From Macrostomum lignano (taxonomy: Eukaryota): a DNA stretch of 45,707 nucleotides. Below, piece by piece: positions 40,401 through 45,707 of the stretch. The DNA lies in NCBI GenBank assembly GCA_002269645.1, contig NIVC01004445.1, forward strand, positions 1 to 45,707. The letters run 5' to 3'. Below the pieces are notes generated by a model. That model saw nothing but the letters and a program-made list of their open reading frames with translations. It was not told the origin of the DNA and did no database searches. Both the position numbers and the translations under genes were made by a program. How positions within the stretch are numbered: the first letter of the stretch is position 1; every line of letters begins with the position of its first letter.

Positions 40401-42684
40401 CTATGGCCCTAAATTATTCAAGCCTTTCACGACATCGCAGCGCGCTTGCAGCACGACCAATGAAGTAGTTTGTTATACGAATCTCTTCAACTATTGCTGG
40501 TTATTTAAGAAATGTAGAACTCCATACCTACATGTAAGTAACAAAATTGTTTTTATTCTGCTCTTAAAGAAACATGGCATGGAGAAGCTGAAGCAACTGT
40601 CTCTCAGCCAATGGCAGCGCGTTTACTGGACAAGCCATGCCTGTAAATACCGACTTCCATTGGGTTTAGCTAGCAGCTTAATGAAGTGGCCTTTAGGGAG
40701 GCATAGGAACCTTTTTCTAACCCCAAAATGCAATTTTGGAATGTGGGTGGATCGGATGTCGCACAGCTTGGCATTATTTTGCCATTATTTTCTGTAGGAA
40801 AAATGCCTGAAAATCTTTTCTGCGCACTTCAGAGGCAAAACAATTAGTAGCACTGCTTTAATAACCTTTTGTTGCAACGGTCAAGCGTTCTGCTGATTAA
40901 TATATCACTGAAGAAATATTAAATGACGCTTATTCAAGCTTTAGACAGTGGACTAATGCACTGGTATAAAACTATATTCGTGCAAGTATAATACGTAGGA
41001 ATGAAAAAAGCATGGTTCATTAATACTATAGGACAGCTGCAATATGCGCACAAGAAGGAAGCAGACAATTACACCTGCTGTGGATCGCCTTAACAGAGAG
41101 AGAGAGGAAGTCTTCTAGGGGAAAAACTGATTGGTCCAATTAAAAAGGCAGCTCCTTTTTACAAGGCGCAAGAGGCATCTATAGGAGTCTGGGGAGTTTC
41201 TTACTTTACTGACTATACTAGGGAGGCTTCTGCTAACGCATAGCAGCCACCGCTCATTAATTATGCTTTGATGACGCGTGCTCAGCAGTGGTGGATAGTA
41301 GTGCATTACTAGCTGCGCATTTTCTCAAAGAGCCGTGGAACTAGCATACTAGTTTAATATCCACGAGCATCTGATTGCTTAACTTGCTTTAATTCACAAA
41401 CTTGGAAAAGTATCTTCAACCTAAAGGAATCGGAGACACTCGTATATATGCTGTCATTATTTCATTATATACCTATGTAATGTTCCAGCACAGTTAATAA
41501 AGTATTTTCGCAGACAATATTTATTTGCGATCGCTTCGAAGCTTCATCCATGGTAAACGGATTTGCTGGGGCAATCAGCACGAACTCTGCAGAAGTCTGC
41601 CAGCCCGCCACACGTCCTTCGGCCATCTCCTCCCTGGCCTTCTCCTTAGCCTGAATCAAACCGAACGAGAAGGCAAGTAATAATTTTTTTCGTCCTCGCA
41701 TATAATCAATCGAATTATGACGGTTGCCGATCTCCCAGAACCGTACGCCCATGCCCCTTGTGAGCAAAAAACTTTTCTACACTTAGTCAGTAGCCTCAGC
41801 TCGCTGAGCAATAATTCGACTTTCTTTTTCTGCACATCCGATGAAGCATGTGCTGAGTGAGTTTTCTTAGAATATTCCGCCGGACCAAAAAGTTTTTTTC
41901 TTGCTGTAAACTTCTGCTTGACCTCGTTATGCTGCGGAATTCCTTCGACGGAATTCTGGCGAAAAATGTTATGGGCATGTAGTAAAAGTTTTACGAAGCC
42001 TGCAGGTTACTTTTTAGTCCGAGGTCAACACAGCTCTCACTGTGCCCGGCAGTTGCATACTAATCTTCCATTAGCTGTGTGACAACTGTCTCTCTTGATT
42101 GCCTCGCAAAAAAAAATATTGAAAGCGACTTTACACCGACTGGAACCTGATTAGTTTTGCATACTACTGAGAAATGTTTTGCGCCCTGTAATCATCATCC
42201 CATCGATTGTACTAATGATGAAAAATCAATTAGAAATTTTTATCTTGCGATTAATTTGTCAGTCCATTTCTGTTCTCAGTTGCTTATTGAGAGCAGGGAG
42301 TTAAAGTTTCAAGCTAACTATACAGCACTTGCGTTGCTGTCAATAACGCATTTATGCAACTATGAGACTATACGAGAAGTTACCAACTTATTTCAATTTT
42401 CCATAATACTTTATGCTGCAAATCAATACAAGTTTATAACCAAACTTAGCCAAGACTGCTGAGTTGAAGAGCACATACTGCCAGTCATTTTTTGCTAGTC
42501 ATTATTCGCTCGCAGCGCTAAAATTGATCTGTAGTATCGCGTGAAGCGCCTAGTTGTTGGGAAGGCTATACAGCTGTTAGTATTTTTAACAAATGCGCAA
42601 CGATGCTGACTACTTAGCGTCTTATCGTATAAATAGTAGTATTTACCCCAGTTTTTCCAAAGTTTCTACAATAAGTCAAGCAAT

Positions 42685-44343
42685 CTAAATCTTCGTAGTA
42701 ACAGATTCTTCCACCGGTATGTCGGTGCGGCTTTCCTCGGACGCGGTGAGACGCCTCCTTCTCTTGATCGCTGCCTCCAATAAGTCGTGCATCAGTTCGA
42801 AAAGCTCGCAGAATGTCAGTAAAGACATTCCTTAGTAGAGGCCCATTATTCCGCCTACATCAGAAAAGAAATTAGCGAAGCCATAGTCGATTGACAGAGT
42901 CACCCGATTGCAATTCTGCCGATGCGGTCTGAAGGTCACCTTGAGCAGATTGGCGTTGATGAAGGCTCCTGCAGTGCTTAAATTGGCACCCGCCAGGTAG
43001 CTTAGAGTGGGTTTACTCAAGTTTTGAGATCGAGCGTCGTTCAAAGCCTGATCGATTGTGCTAGCAACGAATGGCTCGATAGAGCTGTAAGTTGGCCAGT
43101 CCGAGTTGGAAATGATCGGATCGTAGTTGATGATTCTGCACGGGGCCAGCTTGCTGCATTGCGCTTGAGCCAATTCGCTGACCCGAGACAGATGGTCATT
43201 GTCGGTTAAGCGATCTGCCGCTAAATCGCCAACCTGTTGCAAAAAGTTGCTCTCATCGCCGGAAAGGTTGAACAAGTAGCGCCGACCTCTAACTGGCCAG
43301 GGCAGTGGACCGGCGTCCCCGCTGAGGTTCATGAGTGCCTGATACTGCTTGTGATACTCCAGGTAGTAGCAGTAGGAGTAGCTGTAGCTGTGGTTGTAGG
43401 GTTCTTGCGAGTACGGATTCACAAACTACAAATCGAAACTCGATGGACTGTACAGCTGCTCGGTCATGCCAATCTCCACAGTGTGATATCGACCTGGACC
43501 AAGCGAGAATGACGTCACGAATTCGGTCGGGCACTCGCCCAGTGGGCACAGATAGATTCGAACTCCAGCCCTACGATCCGGGTCGTCGAAATCCATTCGC
43601 GACAAAGACCAATCCGAGACGGGGATGGGTGCTCCACCGGCGAACACCTTGGCTAGAATTGGCGGACCAGATGGCGAGGCCGAGAAAAAATTTTTCGTCC
43701 GTCAGTAGCGTGACGGTGAGTCCGCCGGATGGGCCACTTTTAGACAGGTTGACTTTGATCAACTGATAAAATCATTCAGGACCCATCGCAAACGGCGGAG
43801 AAACACAGGATGGTGGAACTGGCTTGCTGTCACGGGATCAGAAGTAGGCAAGCCGTAATTGGAAACGTAGGAAACATCCGACGCAATCAGTGACTGCTCA
43901 AGCCTGTGCGCGAATGCGTCCACAAGCAGCCGGTACTGGAGCGACTGGATGTATGCGAAGGTGTACCAGCGCTCGACCTCCATCGGGTCCGAGCTGATAT
44001 TCGCGGCCAGGATGATACGAGAAAACACCTCGGATGTGAGAAACAGCTGACAGTTGATTTCGGACACAGTATCGTTTATCGCCGCATAACTGGCAGATAC
44101 GGCGATCTCAAAGCAGGCATATATATCGGGGTACTTGAACAGTACAGCGTTGGTGCCCAACGAGCTGGTCACCTGACCGCTATTCAACTTGATAACGAAA
44201 TCTGCGAAGCCTTTTAAGAACAGACCCAAGGATGCGAAATAAAGAAGTAGCCAGGAAAGCCTCACGTACAGAGGCTTTTTACTTATAGTACGACTCAATC
44301 CGTGAGTCGTGGTCTGTTTCGGAGCTACTTTAACTTGCTGCAT
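42685..44343 (-). pseudogene. Intronless DEG/ENaC (ASIC-family) sodium channel, disrupted
   Basis: N-terminal TTHGL motif, TM1 RLSWLLLYFASLGLFL, FKYPDIYAC, SGPSGGLTVTL, AGVRIYL, LLKVTF, and TM2 FANFFSDVGGIMGLY*GMSLLTFCELFEL. Lesions: -1 at 43768-43771, +1 at 43685-43695, TAG at 43426-43428, TAA at 42832-42834. Natural stop TAG at 42685-42687. Confidence 0.9.
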
Positions 44344-45430
44344 CTACACGTGCTTAGAAATTCAAAGCTATAAATCCAAGTTACTCTAGGGAAGAGCCTA
44401 AGTAAATTTTGCAGCGAATATGGATTAATTTCTTCATTAATATTACAGATAGAGCAAGTTTTGTTTGCGGAGGACTCGGTGCAAACCGGCTTAGTATGTA
44501 AAGCTACCCGTTGCTATGCATGAAGGGTAGCTACATCGCAAAAGCAAATTCAAATATATATTTACTTTAGGATTTTGAGCGTACTAAAGACGAGCAGTTG
44601 ACATGACACCCGTTCAAAAGACTAAGCGGTTCTAATATATTTCGAAAGCTAGTGAGACTTAGGTGCGTAAAGAAACTAGGTGAGAATAAGATTGTGTTAA
44701 ATCAACATGGGACAAATGGATGGAGTTGTCTGCGTCTAGTTCACTGTTTTGTACTCCAAGCAGCTTTACTTTGGTTGACGTAGAGAATTGAAGTACGTTT
44801 GTAGAACACGACGTACTTCGAAAATTGAACAGGTACATGTAGCAATAGTGCCAATAAAAGCAGGCTTAGAACTGAATTTTCCAGGGGTTTCAGGGGGCTC
44901 AAAAAGACAATTGTAACTCCAACATGAATTGAAACGAAAGTTCTACATGACCGCAACTGCATTGAACATGGATTGCAATATTGCAGCAAGAATCAGACGC
45001 ATTTCTTTATTTAAAGATGATTGTTGACTCAGCTGAGTCAACTGGCTGTTTGGGAGAAGTTGCAAAAAATCTATAGGGGCCAAAGGAACCCAGAAATTTA
45101 GCCAATGTATTTAAATATTGGCCCGATATTTAGTACAGAATTTTATTCAAATAAAGCTATAGAAAATTTACTAACTTCTCTCAGACCCTGGCTGTGAAGC
45201 TTTGAGACCATCGTCTGTATATATATACGAGCATATAGGAATTTATTGTACTCCCAATTATACCCATTCATTCTACGTACGTGTGTGTAGACGTTTACAA
45301 GAAACTAGTATGATCCAGCCGTGGCGGCAACAAAGTTTGGCTTATTTCAAAAAAGGAAGCGAACATAGCTAGAAAAGTGTGAAATTGAAGTATTTGTTCG
45401 TAAAGAAAAAATTCAACACAGTTTTACACA

Positions 45431-45707
45431 ATGCAACAAGTAAAGGAGTCCCTCGCGCAGTCCACGTCCCATGGCCTGCCGAGGCTAGTTACAAAGAAGC
45501 CGCTCTACGTTCGCCTTCTCTGGCTGCTGTTTTTCCTCGCCTTTCTCGGCCTCTGCCTCCGCGGCTTGGTAGATTTCGTTAAAAAACTGGAGAGTCGTCA
45601 GGTTAGCACAACTTTGGAGGCAAATGCGTTAGCCTTCAAATTTCCGGACGTGTACAAATGCATGGAGAATCCGGTTTCAACCAGCTATGCGCGACGATGA
45701 GTAACCA
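45431..45707 (+). CDS. Second DEG/ENaC paralogue, N-terminal part (runs off the window); apparent 1-nt deletion near 45691
   Basis: MQQVKESLAQSTSHGLPRLVTKKPLYVRLLWLLFFLAFLGL...FKFPDVYKCME aligns residue for residue with the minus-strand paralogue. TAT GCG CGA CGA TGA versus paralogue TAT GCG GCG suggests a lost G. Confidence 0.88.

Noticed and set aside
41465-41767. 100-aa minus-strand ORF
   Set aside because: TTG start, no recognisable motif and no clear splice partners.
42832-43428. Stop-codon reassignment or programmed readthrough explaining the ENaC stops
   Set aside because: TAG and TGA terminate other genes in the window normally, the contexts are not readthrough-like, and frameshifts co-occur.

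Overview
This is eukaryotic (invertebrate animal) genomic DNA, not prokaryotic: it has GT-AG introns, a Gypsy retrotransposon, tRNA-derived SINEs, and about 28% of the window (my sum of array spans, ~12.8 kb) is micro/minisatellite. The style resembles the flatworm Macrostomum, but that is inference only. Contents in order: (1) a decayed Ty3/Gypsy element (-), truncated by the window start; (2) a calmodulin-like gene (+) with four intact EF-hands and a probable N-terminal extension encoded by small upstream exons; (3) a convergent two-exon gene (-) whose C-terminus resembles the RING2(Rcat)+TM end of RNF217-type RBR ligases but has Gln at the catalytic Cys and His positions, no RING1/IBR, and a long low-complexity N-terminus with repeated WRR[A/T]SK motifs and 15 acidic decapeptides; (4) a four-exon secreted PAN-PAN-fibrinogen-domain gene (-); (5) an intronless LRR single-pass receptor gene (-) with no TIR domain and one frameshift; (6) two intronless head-to-head DEG/ENaC paralogues, both disrupted. 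Most long ORFs in the supplied track are just translated tandem repeats. I found no CRISPR array, rRNA or true tRNA gene. Best leads: the apparent pseudo-RBR protein, the 42-bp CCAAT-containing minisatellite that fills introns of two neighbouring genes, and the ENaC pair. All homologies were recognised by eye or from memory; no searches were run.
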